Source: Candidatus Heimdallarchaeota archaeon
GTDB lineage: Archaea > Asgardarchaeota > Heimdallarchaeia > Hodarchaeales > Hodarchaeaceae
Direction of reading: 5' to 3'
DNA: 64,000 nucleotides
Assembly (NCBI GenBank): GCA_020353515.1
Contig: CP070695.1
Span: 4,189,913-4,253,912 of the forward strand
Within the stretch, counting starts at the first letter, position 1, and every line of letters starts with the position of its first letter. Shown here one piece after another: positions 1 to 9,520 of the stretch. Below the pieces are notes generated by a model. It saw only the letters and a program-made list of their open reading frames with translations. It made no database searches and was not told the DNA's origin. The translations under genes were made by a program, and so were the position numbers.

Positions 1-64
1 TCGTCTCAGCCATATCTGCAAGTGTACCAGGGAGATCTGGTAGTGTAACAACTAAGTTTTTCAT
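1..64 (-). CDS. 5' end of an ACT-domain protein (runs off the window)
   Basis: ATG at 64-62 reads MKNLVVTLPDLPGTLADMAET; the beta-strand followed by DxPGxLA is the ACT signature. Confidence 0.65.
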   Translation of the reverse strand, partial: MKNLVVTLPDLPGTLADMAET

Positions 65-381
65 GATTTTTCCCTTATATCACTAAGTATAAACACACTA
101 TATAGCACATTATTTGTCTTTAAATATCATTCACATAACCATGCAAACAGATTTTTTTTGCCCTATAGTTATTTGGACACTAGCATATTGTAAAAAAGAT
201 TTTAAATTATTATTAGCCTTTATTTTTCCAATACTGTCAGTAATTACGTTATCCGGGATAATTTTTCCCTTAAATGGGACTATTCTAAATCAATAAGTAT
301 TAAGTGTTATTGGAAAAGGTCATGCTAGTTGAAAAAATATTTAAATCAGCTATAATATTAAGAAATAGTAAGGTTTGCTGT

Positions 382-1131
382 ATGGATTCAAAAGAATTAG
401 AATTTATTGTTAACGGCATTAGCATAGTTGTTTTGTTTGTTTCCTTTGTATTACTGATGTTTTTATCCTATAGACTGTTAAAACGCGAAAATAGAAGTTA
501 TATTGAAACAGCATTTGGATTGGCATTAGTTTTTGCTACTATTGCTAGCTTAGAAGCAGCAATTTTCAGATCTTTCTATATTATTTTTACTTCTGGCCCG
601 TTAATAGACACTTGGAAGTTTGCATGGTACTTGTACTTCATTCTTATGAGTATATCATTAACTTTTATACTGATAGTTGCCTTGGGAATTCTAGGTGGAC
701 GAAGATATTTTTACCTTGGATTCTTGTCAGTTATTGCTATTCTTCCCATAAGTTATGGTACCTGGTTCATCGAGGGAGCAGTTACTACTGAAAGTGGTAT
801 GGCTGATATAAGAATGACATTTATAGGGGTTATTTCGATATTTGGAGTTTTAGTTCTACAAATTCTTATCAACACGTTATTGTATTACTATATTTACTCC
901 AAGACAAAAAACAAAGGTTCATTGTATATGGTTTACGGAATGGCCATTATTGCTTTATCCGCGGCAGTAGGAGGATTTTCTGGCCTGTTAGGGTATTATG
1001 GGCGATTAATGGATCCTATTGGGTATATAGGTGTAGTCATAGGAGTGTACTTCATTCTAACAGCAGTTGAGATCTTGAAACATGATTTTTCAAGATTATT
1101 ACCTTACTTTGCAAAATTAAATAGTCAGTAG
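382..1131 (+). CDS. Stand-alone ~7-TM membrane protein of unknown function
   Basis: Seven hydrophobic segments, no soluble domain; ATG 382 (MDSKEL) preferred over the track's start at 304. Confidence 0.7.
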   Translation: MDSKELEFIVNGISIVVLFVSFVLLMFLSYRLLKRENRSYIETAFGLALVFATIASLEAAIFRSFYIIFTSGPLIDTWKFAWYLYFILMSISLTFILIVALGILGGRRYFYLGFLSVIAILPISYGTWFIEGAVTTESGMADIRMTFIGVISIFGVLVLQILINTLLYYYIYSKTKNKGSLYMVYGMAIIALSAAVGGFSGLLGYYGRLMDPIGYIGVVIGVYFILTAVEILKHDFSRLLPYFAKLNSQ

Positions 1132-1305
1132 AAAACGCTCCCGCTTTCTCACGATGCTAATATCTTCATTTGTATTTTTCCTTCTAGTTAAACATTATCA
1201 GATATTATTATATACTAGCAAAATTATTATCTGGATTAATCTTCTAAATATTTTATTTAGAAAGAATAGTTAATTTTCTCTTAATGTACTAGTTGTTGTC
1301 AGATT

Positions 1306-2073
1306 ATGGATTTGGCTACTCTTTCCGTGTTAGGGGTTATTTTTCTATTTATTGCTATAATTTCATTTTACTTGCTGGGAATCCAATTGATTCGAATTTT
1401 CTTTAAAACAAACCGTATACAAACACTCTATTTAAGCTTGATTTTTATATTTGGGGGAACAGCTATTGTTTTTCTAGTACTAGAACAGATAATCTTACTC
1501 CATCCTTCTGTAGATCGTACATCAATACCATCTCCGCGGTCATTCTTCCAATATAATGATATAAACGCCTTTTGGGCGGCGTACTTATTCGCCATAATCG
1601 CCTATATATCTAGCGCTATCTCTATCTTCTGTGTGAATGTTTTCACACTTACATTTTTCCCGAATAGATCAAAAAGGCCTCTTTTATTACCACTACTAAT
1701 GTTACTAAGTTACATAATAATTATTCTGTTTGCTCCTCATGAATTTGTACAAACAGGTATACTTTGGTCACCAGAAAGAGAGGAAATAACTGAGATAATT
1801 ATAAGTGGTCTTTTTCTACCCCCTATATGGGTATTAGCTCTTTTATTTTTCTATTTGTCTATAAAAATGAAACAAAAAGGCAATATAAGATGGAGACAGA
1901 CAACCCTTTTAGGAATCGGCCAAATGATTATTTCAATAGCATATACAATTGAGATCTTAAATGCACCAGTATTATTTTCTTTGATTGCACGTATAGGGTT
2001 ATCTCTATATCCAGCAATTACATACATCGGAGTCATTACACCAAAATGGACTAAAAGGTGGTTAGGAGGATAG
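1306..2073 (+). CDS. Stand-alone ~7-TM membrane protein
   Basis: Seven hydrophobic segments; C-terminal GVITPKWTKRWL. Confidence 0.75.
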   Translation: MDLATLSVLGVIFLFIAIISFYLLGIQLIRIFFKTNRIQTLYLSLIFIFGGTAIVFLVLEQIILLHPSVDRTSIPSPRSFFQYNDINAFWAAYLFAIIAYISSAISIFCVNVFTLTFFPNRSKRPLLLPLLMLLSYIIIILFAPHEFVQTGILWSPEREEITEIIISGLFLPPIWVLALLFFYLSIKMKQKGNIRWRQTTLLGIGQMIISIAYTIEILNAPVLFSLIARIGLSLYPAITYIGVITPKWTKRWLGG

Positions 2074-2119
2074 TTTAGAAAAAAATTCTCTTTTTCTGTT
2101 ACTTTTTAGAAAATTGTAA

Positions 2120-3856
2120 TTGAGGATTATCATGAAAGACATTCAATGGCAGATTTTGAATATATATGATGAGGAAAATTTAGTGGAGGGAGTCCTTCAA
2201 TCTTTGCCTGCGTATTTGAAAGTCATATTTAATATAAAGGCTAATTACACGATCAAAGCGTATTCTCCTGAAGGTGTAACTAATGGAGAGATAGAAGGAG
2301 TTTCTTATCACGGTTTTGTTGAACTTTGGCGTATTCCTTTATTTGAGAAATCTGGAGAATGGAAATTAAGTATTCATTTGCATGATGAAAATCAGCATGA
2401 TAAAAAGACCACTCTTGCTTTTAATATTCTTCCAAAACTGTTTGAGAACCTTTCAGAATTAGAAGCTGAAATCGAAAGTAGTAGAAAAGAAATATCTATA
2501 ATTTGGGATGATTGGCTGGAATCATTCACGACAGAATCCCCTCATGTGAAAGCAACAGATCAAAGAAAGGATTTTTCAAAACAATCAGGATTAGTAGTAA
2601 ATGAAATACAAACTTCAACTGAAGTTATGGATGATTGGATGCAAACGTTTGCCGAAAAAGATCTTGGAATGACTGAGAAAGATTTACGTAAAGAAGAATT
2701 AGAAGCATATTGGTCCCAAATTAATTCTGAATTGAAAATATGGCAATATATTCCACATGATCTTGAAAACAATATTTCTAAAGAATTTTCTATTCCAATT
2801 TTGCTAATTCATGGTTTTAGTTCCGATTACACAACTTGGAACTCTATGGCTCAGTATTTATGGGAGGGAGGTTTTAGCAATATCTTTGGAATGGCATTGT
2901 ATGGTGATTTTTATGGCCTAGATAGGAATTGTCAACATTTAGACAATGTCATTAAAGAAGTGTTAAAATTTACTCAAATTGAAAGCATCTATTTGATTAG
3001 TCATTCTTTTGGAGGATTGGTTTCTAGACAATTTGTAAAAGAATATGAAAATAGAAAAAGAATCCAGCTACTTGTGACAATAGCTGCACCTCATTATGGT
3101 ATAGCAAAAATATTCGGAAGAATTATGGGATCATTAAAATCAAGACAACTGAAAAAGGATGCGATTGACCAGGAAAAGTTACCATATCCTACTTTTGAAG
3201 CGTATATTAATCACTTAGAAGAGAAACTAGAATCAATTCAATTAACTTTCACTGATGAGGATTTATACATTCTAACAATGGTTAATATTTGTGGGGATAA
3301 AATTTATGGAGGAGATGGACTTTTCAAAGCAATAGAAGTTCCTGACATGATAAATTTCACCGTACCGTCTTCACATCTCTCAATAAACAAGTCCAAATCG
3401 ACATTTAATTTGATTCAAAGTCTGATGACAGGAGAGTCAGTAGTATATAAAATCACTCTAATTCAAGTAAATCCAAAACTGAAATCACCACCCGATCTTA
3501 GATTCTGTATGTTTATCAAACCAAAGACAAATCCTCATTATCAACGATATCCGTTTCAAGGATTCTTACAAATTGAAGAAAAACGTCTCATTTCTCAATT
3601 ACCATTGATCGTTTTCGCGTATTGCAAAAAAGAAGCACGAAATGAACGACTAGATATTCAAATATTTGACAATGAAAACAAGAAGATAGCTCAAAAAGAA
3701 TTATTTATTGGACTCGGTTATAAGAAGGAAATTGGGGACGTTTTTGAAGTGGAAACAACCTTAGGTTATTGTTTTCAATTTGCGGTTTATTCATACAAAC
3801 TGCATTATAAAACAAAAGCTGCAGAAAAATTAGAAGAAAGTGGACTTTGGGAGTAG
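2120..3856 (+). CDS. Alpha/beta-hydrolase (lipase/PGAP1-like) with N- and C-terminal extensions
   Basis: PILLIHGF oxyanion motif, SHSFGG nucleophile elbow, TIAAPHYG, GDG (Asp), SSH (His). Confidence 0.8.
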   Translation: MRIIMKDIQWQILNIYDEENLVEGVLQSLPAYLKVIFNIKANYTIKAYSPEGVTNGEIEGVSYHGFVELWRIPLFEKSGEWKLSIHLHDENQHDKKTTLAFNILPKLFENLSELEAEIESSRKEISIIWDDWLESFTTESPHVKATDQRKDFSKQSGLVVNEIQTSTEVMDDWMQTFAEKDLGMTEKDLRKEELEAYWSQINSELKIWQYIPHDLENNISKEFSIPILLIHGFSSDYTTWNSMAQYLWEGGFSNIFGMALYGDFYGLDRNCQHLDNVIKEVLKFTQIESIYLISHSFGGLVSRQFVKEYENRKRIQLLVTIAAPHYGIAKIFGRIMGSLKSRQLKKDAIDQEKLPYPTFEAYINHLEEKLESIQLTFTDEDLYILTMVNICGDKIYGGDGLFKAIEVPDMINFTVPSSHLSINKSKSTFNLIQSLMTGESVVYKITLIQVNPKLKSPPDLRFCMFIKPKTNPHYQRYPFQGFLQIEEKRLISQLPLIVFAYCKKEARNERLDIQIFDNENKKIAQKELFIGLGYKKEIGDVFEVETTLGYCFQFAVYSYKLHYKTKAAEKLEESGLWE

Positions 3857-3879
3857 CTGGGAATCTTGGTGATATTTTA

Positions 3880-4626
3880 ATGATAGAAGTCATAACACAA
3901 ACAGATTCTGATGTTCCTTTATTAGCTATTTTGGTAATCGTTGTTGCTTTAATCGCATTCTTTTATTTAATGACTCGTTTAGGTCTTATATGGCGTCAAC
4001 AGAAGAATCGGGCTACATTTAATCTATTTCTGAGCTTTACATTTTATTTTATTGCAATTTTTTTTGTTTTTTCTACAAAAGCAATAGATTTCCTTACGAA
4101 TGATTTATATCAAGTAGCAACAATAGGGATAAATTTAGGCTACGCTTTTTCTTTGATTGGTAATGTATTTCTCTATTATTTCACGGAAAACATCTTTTTT
4201 GAAAAACGAATACCCTATTTGCGGGAAATTATCACTTTTGGAAACGGGATCACCTTAGGTTTTTTAACAGTCTTTATTGTACAAATTCAAACTTTCCCAT
4301 TCTTAGAGATTCCAGGTATCTATATCCCCCCACAATTATTGATTTGGCATGTTATAATTTCATCTATAGGGTTTTCCGTCCTTTTGATTTGTGCTCTTAA
4401 ATCCTCTCTCCAATCAGAATTGAGATATCAACGTGCAGGATTTCTTATGATAGCATTTACAGCAGTTTTCGAGTTGCTCGTTTTTGTATTCTTTTTTGTT
4501 GATCGATTTTCTGGTGCTGGGTTTACGATTTATTATTATCTAGCGTGGATCTCTGCTTCATTTGCAGGAATATTTGCCATGGTTGGTTACCTGTTACCAA
4601 GCTGGTTTAGACGAATCTTTGCATAA
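3880..4626 (+). CDS. Stand-alone ~7-TM membrane protein
   Basis: Seven hydrophobic segments; C-terminal GYLLPSWFRRIF; GGTGA RBS before ATG 3880. Confidence 0.75.
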   Translation: MIEVITQTDSDVPLLAILVIVVALIAFFYLMTRLGLIWRQQKNRATFNLFLSFTFYFIAIFFVFSTKAIDFLTNDLYQVATIGINLGYAFSLIGNVFLYYFTENIFFEKRIPYLREIITFGNGITLGFLTVFIVQIQTFPFLEIPGIYIPPQLLIWHVIISSIGFSVLLICALKSSLQSELRYQRAGFLMIAFTAVFELLVFVFFFVDRFSGAGFTIYYYLAWISASFAGIFAMVGYLLPSWFRRIFA

Positions 4627-4713
4627 AATATCTCATATCGTTTTTTTCTATTTGGAGAGGAGTGCATTATATATAAAAGGAAGATAGGGCATCTCTATCC
4701 TATATTACGATAC

Positions 4714-5595
4714 TTATGATTTCAACATCTTTCGAAGCTGTTCACGCTGGAGTAAAGTAGTTTTTCTTAAAAACCGATTTTGATCTGACTTATGGGAGGG
4801 AATAGGAATTCTCTCGAGAGGAGTGTCAAGTGCTCTTTCTATTACTTCAAAATAATATTTCTCTTCAATTAACATTAAAAAACGAATAGACCACATAATT
4901 TTGTCAACGATCTCTCTTGCTGTGGAAAAAAAGTCAGGATCAGATTCATTCCACCCTTGAGAACGAGTATATTCTTTAAATATCAATGGTTTTCCAATTC
5001 GAACTGTGATATTAGCACCAAATCTTGGTATAAGCTGTCCCGATCTCAATGCCTCATGTGCACCATGAAGATAGAACGGAATGATTGGGATTTTTCCATT
5101 AGTTTTCAAAATTATTCGTCCTACACCTGTACGACCTTCTTGGGCTAAATTATGAAAATCATGGAAGGGAGTACGTCCAATTCGTTTCCCCTGAGGAGAA
5201 ATATATACAGCATACCCATGGTTCAAGAGGTTAATTGTAGTATTCAGGGCAGGTTTTGGATTTTCTTTAAAAACGGGAAAAGCACCAAGATAGCGAGTTA
5301 AACCAAACAATTTATTTCCAGTCATTACTTTTCCAGATGCCATAAATGCTAAGAACATTCTTGAGCCGTGAGGTTTTACAATGGCAGCCCCAAATATAAC
5401 AGAATCAAGATGGGACTGATGATTTCCACAAAAAATGACAGGTGTTCCCTCTGGGAGTTTATTCACATACTTTAATCCATAAACTTTGAAGTTGAAGAAA
5501 AAACGGGTCCATCGGGGAACAAATCCTCGTACAAAACAGTAGAAAGCTCTTTGAAGAAAAGGCCAATCTTTGTAAGAGGCTACATTGTACTTCAT
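4714..5595 (-). CDS. plsC: 1-acyl-sn-glycerol-3-phosphate acyltransferase family (PlsC-like)
   Basis: NHQSHLD (HX4D), GAFPV, ISPQGKR (block III variant), GRTGVGRI, PIIP. Confidence 0.8.
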   Translation of the reverse strand: MKYNVASYKDWPFLQRAFYCFVRGFVPRWTRFFFNFKVYGLKYVNKLPEGTPVIFCGNHQSHLDSVIFGAAIVKPHGSRMFLAFMASGKVMTGNKLFGLTRYLGAFPVFKENPKPALNTTINLLNHGYAVYISPQGKRIGRTPFHDFHNLAQEGRTGVGRIILKTNGKIPIIPFYLHGAHEALRSGQLIPRFGANITVRIGKPLIFKEYTRSQGWNESDPDFFSTAREIVDKIMWSIRFLMLIEEKYYFEVIERALDTPLERIPIPSHKSDQNRFLRKTTLLQREQLRKMLKS

Positions 5596-5698
5596 TTTTA
5601 TAGTTCCAGTTCAATGGAAGCTAAATATAAATGTTTATGGTTTATTAATATCGTAACCTCTAGTAATTAAATAATGGTTCTTTCCTTGTATAGAATCG

Positions 5699-7405
5699 GT
5701 GAGAGTCTTGACCGAAAATATTACTTATGTTGATAAGCCTTGGATGAAATCCTACAAAGTTGGGCCATACAAACTCCCGAAGACCATGGCACCTTACCCT
5801 AAAATTCCTGTAACTAAATTTCTTGAAGATACAGCAAAGGAATTTCCAGATAACATCGCATGTACCTTTATTGCAGGGGAATATAAAACAGAATTAAGAT
5901 ATTCAGAGTTAAAACTGCAAGTCGATAAACTAGCAACAGCCCTTGATGGTTTAGGAGTAAAAAAAGGAGAAAGAGTCGCAACCATTTTACCTTCGTGTCC
6001 ACAATTCATCATTGCTGATTATGCCATCATGCAACTTGGAGCAGTGCATGTCCCGCTCAGTATACTACATAAGGCTCCAGAATTATTATACGAAATAAAA
6101 GAATCTGGTACTGAAACCATAATATGCTCATACCGACGTCTTGAGAGAATTGAGGCAATTAAAGATGAGATTACATTAAAAAATGTGATCTACACATCAA
6201 TACCTATCTTCCCCGATTATTCTCTCCCTGAAATGGAGGAATTACCTGATATCGCAAATCTACATCGATTAGAGGATTTGATTGAGAAAAGCGATAACAA
6301 TCCTCCATCTATTGATATCAATCCGACTGAAGATCTTGCATTACTCCCATTCACAGGCGGAACGACTGGGGTTCCAAAAGCAACGATGCTAACTCATTAT
6401 AACATCACTACAAACGTGATTCAGTCGGTTCAATGGATGATGCATCCTTTACGTGCTGGAATAAAGGGTAAGGCTGCTGCTTTAATCTGTCTTCCAATAT
6501 TTCATCAAGCTGGCCACTTTCTGTTACACGCGGGTATATCATGGGGATTACGTGGATTTTTAATTGATGGACGGGACTTATTATTAATTGCCGATATAAT
6601 CAATGAACATCGTCCATTCATTGTGGGGGGCGTACCAACACATTATATGTTATTACTTGATAATCCAACCCTAAAGAAAATGCCAATATTTTTCTTTTCT
6701 GGTGCTGCTGCTCTACCTCATGATGTTGCTGAAAAATGGGAAAAGAAAATCGGCACTCCATTAAGCGAGGGATATGGTATGACAGAGGCATGCGCTGTTA
6801 CTCATATGAATCCATCAGGCCTTTCTAAAGTGACTGGTTTTATGCCAAAAGCGAAAAGAGCTGTAGGAGTCCCTGTTGCTGATACAGAGGTAAGACTAGT
6901 AAACCTAGAGACGGGTGAAGACGTTCCTTTTGGTGAACCTGGTGAAGTGTGGATTCGTGGACCTCAAGTAATGAAAGGATATTGGCCTGAAGCAGGAAAA
7001 GGTCTCCAACAAGATGGTTGGTTAGCAACAGGTGATGTTGCAACGATGGATGAAGATGGTTACTTTAACATCGTAGATCGCATTAAAGATATGATCAATG
7101 TAAGTGGGATGAAAGTCTACTCGCAAACTGTTGATGATATTTTACACAAACATCCCGCTGTCAGTGTTGCAGGTGTTATTGGAGTTCAGGATCCCGATCG
7201 TCCGGGTAGTGAAAGAGTTAAGGCATTTATTGCTCTGAGGGAGGATTATAAAGAGAAAATTACCCCTGATGACATGATCCAATATTGTAAAGAAAACCTT
7301 CCTTCTTATGCAGTCCCAAAGTTCATTGAATTTAGAGATTCACTTCCTCTAACCCCAGTTATGAAACTCGATAAGAAAAAGCTAAGAGAAGACGAAAACC
7401 AATGA
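5699..7405 (+). CDS. fadD: Long-chain fatty acid--CoA ligase
   Basis: FTGGTTGVPK P-loop, EGYGMTE, GEVWIRGPQVMKGY, TGD, DRIKDMI, final K motif. Confidence 0.9.
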   Translation: MRVLTENITYVDKPWMKSYKVGPYKLPKTMAPYPKIPVTKFLEDTAKEFPDNIACTFIAGEYKTELRYSELKLQVDKLATALDGLGVKKGERVATILPSCPQFIIADYAIMQLGAVHVPLSILHKAPELLYEIKESGTETIICSYRRLERIEAIKDEITLKNVIYTSIPIFPDYSLPEMEELPDIANLHRLEDLIEKSDNNPPSIDINPTEDLALLPFTGGTTGVPKATMLTHYNITTNVIQSVQWMMHPLRAGIKGKAAALICLPIFHQAGHFLLHAGISWGLRGFLIDGRDLLLIADIINEHRPFIVGGVPTHYMLLLDNPTLKKMPIFFFSGAAALPHDVAEKWEKKIGTPLSEGYGMTEACAVTHMNPSGLSKVTGFMPKAKRAVGVPVADTEVRLVNLETGEDVPFGEPGEVWIRGPQVMKGYWPEAGKGLQQDGWLATGDVATMDEDGYFNIVDRIKDMINVSGMKVYSQTVDDILHKHPAVSVAGVIGVQDPDRPGSERVKAFIALREDYKEKITPDDMIQYCKENLPSYAVPKFIEFRDSLPLTPVMKLDKKKLREDENQ

Positions 7406-7713
7406 CTAATGCAATTAATGAATCCAAAATCATTGTTACCAAAATAAGGCTTTTTGCTACATTCAAACAAATTACTAATCATCGTGAAATAGAATACGAA
7501 ATAGAAGATGGTACCACAGTACGACAGCTTCTAGAGGCTTTATTTGATCAATATAACGCATTACGAGATAAAATCTTCAATGAGAATAATGAGCTTAGGC
7601 CGTGGATCCACATTCTAAAAAATGGAAGAAATATCAAATTCCTAGGTGGAATTGAAACCACGTTAACTGATGGGGATGTAGTCTCGTTGTTCCCACCAGT
7701 AGCAGGTGGATAA
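7402..7713 (+). CDS. Ubiquitin-like small archaeal modifier / MoaD-ThiS sulfur carrier (SAMP1-like)
   Basis: KIRLFATF, ILKNGRNI, LTDGDVVSLFPPVAGG C-terminal di-glycine; ATGA overlap with the fadD stop. Confidence 0.9.
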   Translation: MTNAINESKIIVTKIRLFATFKQITNHREIEYEIEDGTTVRQLLEALFDQYNALRDKIFNENNELRPWIHILKNGRNIKFLGGIETTLTDGDVVSLFPPVAGG

Positions 7714-7910
7714 CTCTAGATATCTGTCCCTTTCTCTCTGAAATATCAAGTTTTAAAACTGTTTTTAAGAATCTTATCCGAATCAAATCATTATCCATTA
7801 TGATTTCTTAATATAGGAGTGGTTTGTTAACTCATAAAATGAGGATAATATCTTCAAATTTTATTACTTGAATAGTAGTACTACCATGAAAATAACTCTG
7901 AACTAAGGTA

Positions 7911-9476
7911 ATGCGAAAATTGACTCTTGAAAAAAATAAGATAAAAACAGATGAAGAAGGCTTAGAAGAGATCCTGGATTTTCTTCGTCAGACGGGGATT
8001 AAATTCTCAACCAAGAGTGAAACAAGAGTAATTAAGAGGCTGGGAATTATGATAGGGATGCATGGTTTTGATAACTATTTCGAGTTGTTGAATTTATTGC
8101 AAACAGATCCACAAACTCGTAGAAATCTTATTAAATGGTTAGAAAGAGGAAAAGTATTCAATGAAGAGAAAAAATCATTCATTCCATTAGTTCAGCGTGA
8201 TATGAGTAAAGAGGAAACGTTGTATACTCCAAAGAAGGGATCATTGAAGAAAAAAAGGAGAAATGGATTTTTTATTTGGGAAAATATTCACTTGAATCAT
8301 AAAAATGATGAAACCTGGCTTGATTCAGAGAGGAATCAGAAGAAAATCTTAGAATTTCTTAGAAATAAAAAGGTTAGATTTACCTCTAAAGATGAAACGA
8401 GAATATTAAAGAGGTTAAAGTTAATTGCTAAGAGAATAGGGTTTAAGAACTATTCTAGTTTGTTAAAATTATTGAATTCTGATCCACAAACTCTTGATGC
8501 TGTGTTAAATTGGTTGGAAAAAGGACGGGTATATAAAGAAGATGAAAATTCCTTCAGTCCTCTTGTGAAAAGAGATACTATACTTCAAAACTCGGTGTCA
8601 AGAAAAATAACTAAGAAAAAATCGAAAAAAAAGCCCCAGCACACGATTCAATTAGATTTGATACCGCATATTCCCGATCCAAAGGATCAAGAGTACCTTT
8701 CTTCAATTTATACCTTTTTATCTAAAAATAACATAAATTACGAAGCATATAAAGAGAAATATTTTCTAAGACGAGTTCACAGTCGAATGATGAAAGTAGA
8801 TGCCCACACGTATCATGAATATTTGAATCTCTTAGAAACTGATCCTAGGGAAAGTAATCTGTTAATCGATAATCTTTCAATAAATGTAACTCGTTTTTTT
8901 AGAGATAAGGATCTATGGTCTAAGCTTGAACACACAATACTCCCTAAAATTGGTGTTAATAGATCTCAATCGATACGTATTTGGAGTGCTGGCTGTGCGG
9001 TTGGCCCAGAACCTTATAGTATCGCTATTCTTATGTTTGATAAATTTAAATCTGCTAATCTAGACAGATTAGATATTTTAGCAACAGATCTCCGTCAAGA
9101 GTTCTTAGAACAGGCTCAAGCTGGCGTGTATTCCTATGATTTACTAGAAGAAATTAATCCAGTAAAACTTCAAACATATTTTAAACCGATTACCCATGAA
9201 CTCTTCCAATTATCAAGAAACATCCGAGAAAAGGTTACTTTCAAAAAACACGACCTGAGATTAGCCCCTCCATCCCGTAATTTTGATATAATTCTTTGTC
9301 GGAATGTATTAATTTATTTCTCAAGAAATCAGGCTGAAAAACTTTTCCGTCGTTTTTACTCCGCACTGAAACCAAATGGCTATTTAGTTTTGGGGAAATG
9401 TGAATTAGTTCCGATACCTGTACGACACTTGTTTAAGATTGTAGACTCTAAAACTCGGATTTATAAACGAAATTAG
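7911..9476 (+). CDS. cheR: CheR-family protein-glutamate O-methyltransferase with duplicated N-terminal extension
   Basis: INVTRFFRD, IRIWSAGCAVGPEPYS, ILATD, FDIILCRNVLIYF, LKPNGYLVLG. Confidence 0.85.
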   Translation: MRKLTLEKNKIKTDEEGLEEILDFLRQTGIKFSTKSETRVIKRLGIMIGMHGFDNYFELLNLLQTDPQTRRNLIKWLERGKVFNEEKKSFIPLVQRDMSKEETLYTPKKGSLKKKRRNGFFIWENIHLNHKNDETWLDSERNQKKILEFLRNKKVRFTSKDETRILKRLKLIAKRIGFKNYSSLLKLLNSDPQTLDAVLNWLEKGRVYKEDENSFSPLVKRDTILQNSVSRKITKKKSKKKPQHTIQLDLIPHIPDPKDQEYLSSIYTFLSKNNINYEAYKEKYFLRRVHSRMMKVDAHTYHEYLNLLETDPRESNLLIDNLSINVTRFFRDKDLWSKLEHTILPKIGVNRSQSIRIWSAGCAVGPEPYSIAILMFDKFKSANLDRLDILATDLRQEFLEQAQAGVYSYDLLEEINPVKLQTYFKPITHELFQLSRNIREKVTFKKHDLRLAPPSRNFDIILCRNVLIYFSRNQAEKLFRRFYSALKPNGYLVLGKCELVPIPVRHLFKIVDSKTRIYKRN

Positions 9477-9520
9477 TTTCATGGCATTTAGACAGAAGAT
9501 CTTCTAGCAGACGAACTTCG

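Noticed and set aside
114-296. 60-aa ORF in the track
   Set aside because: AT-rich divergent promoter region, TTG start, no recognisable features; probably spurious.
382-4626. Microbial rhodopsins/heliorhodopsins
   Set aside because: No Lys-containing retinal-binding motif in helix 7 and no RYxDW/RWxEY motif in helix 3.
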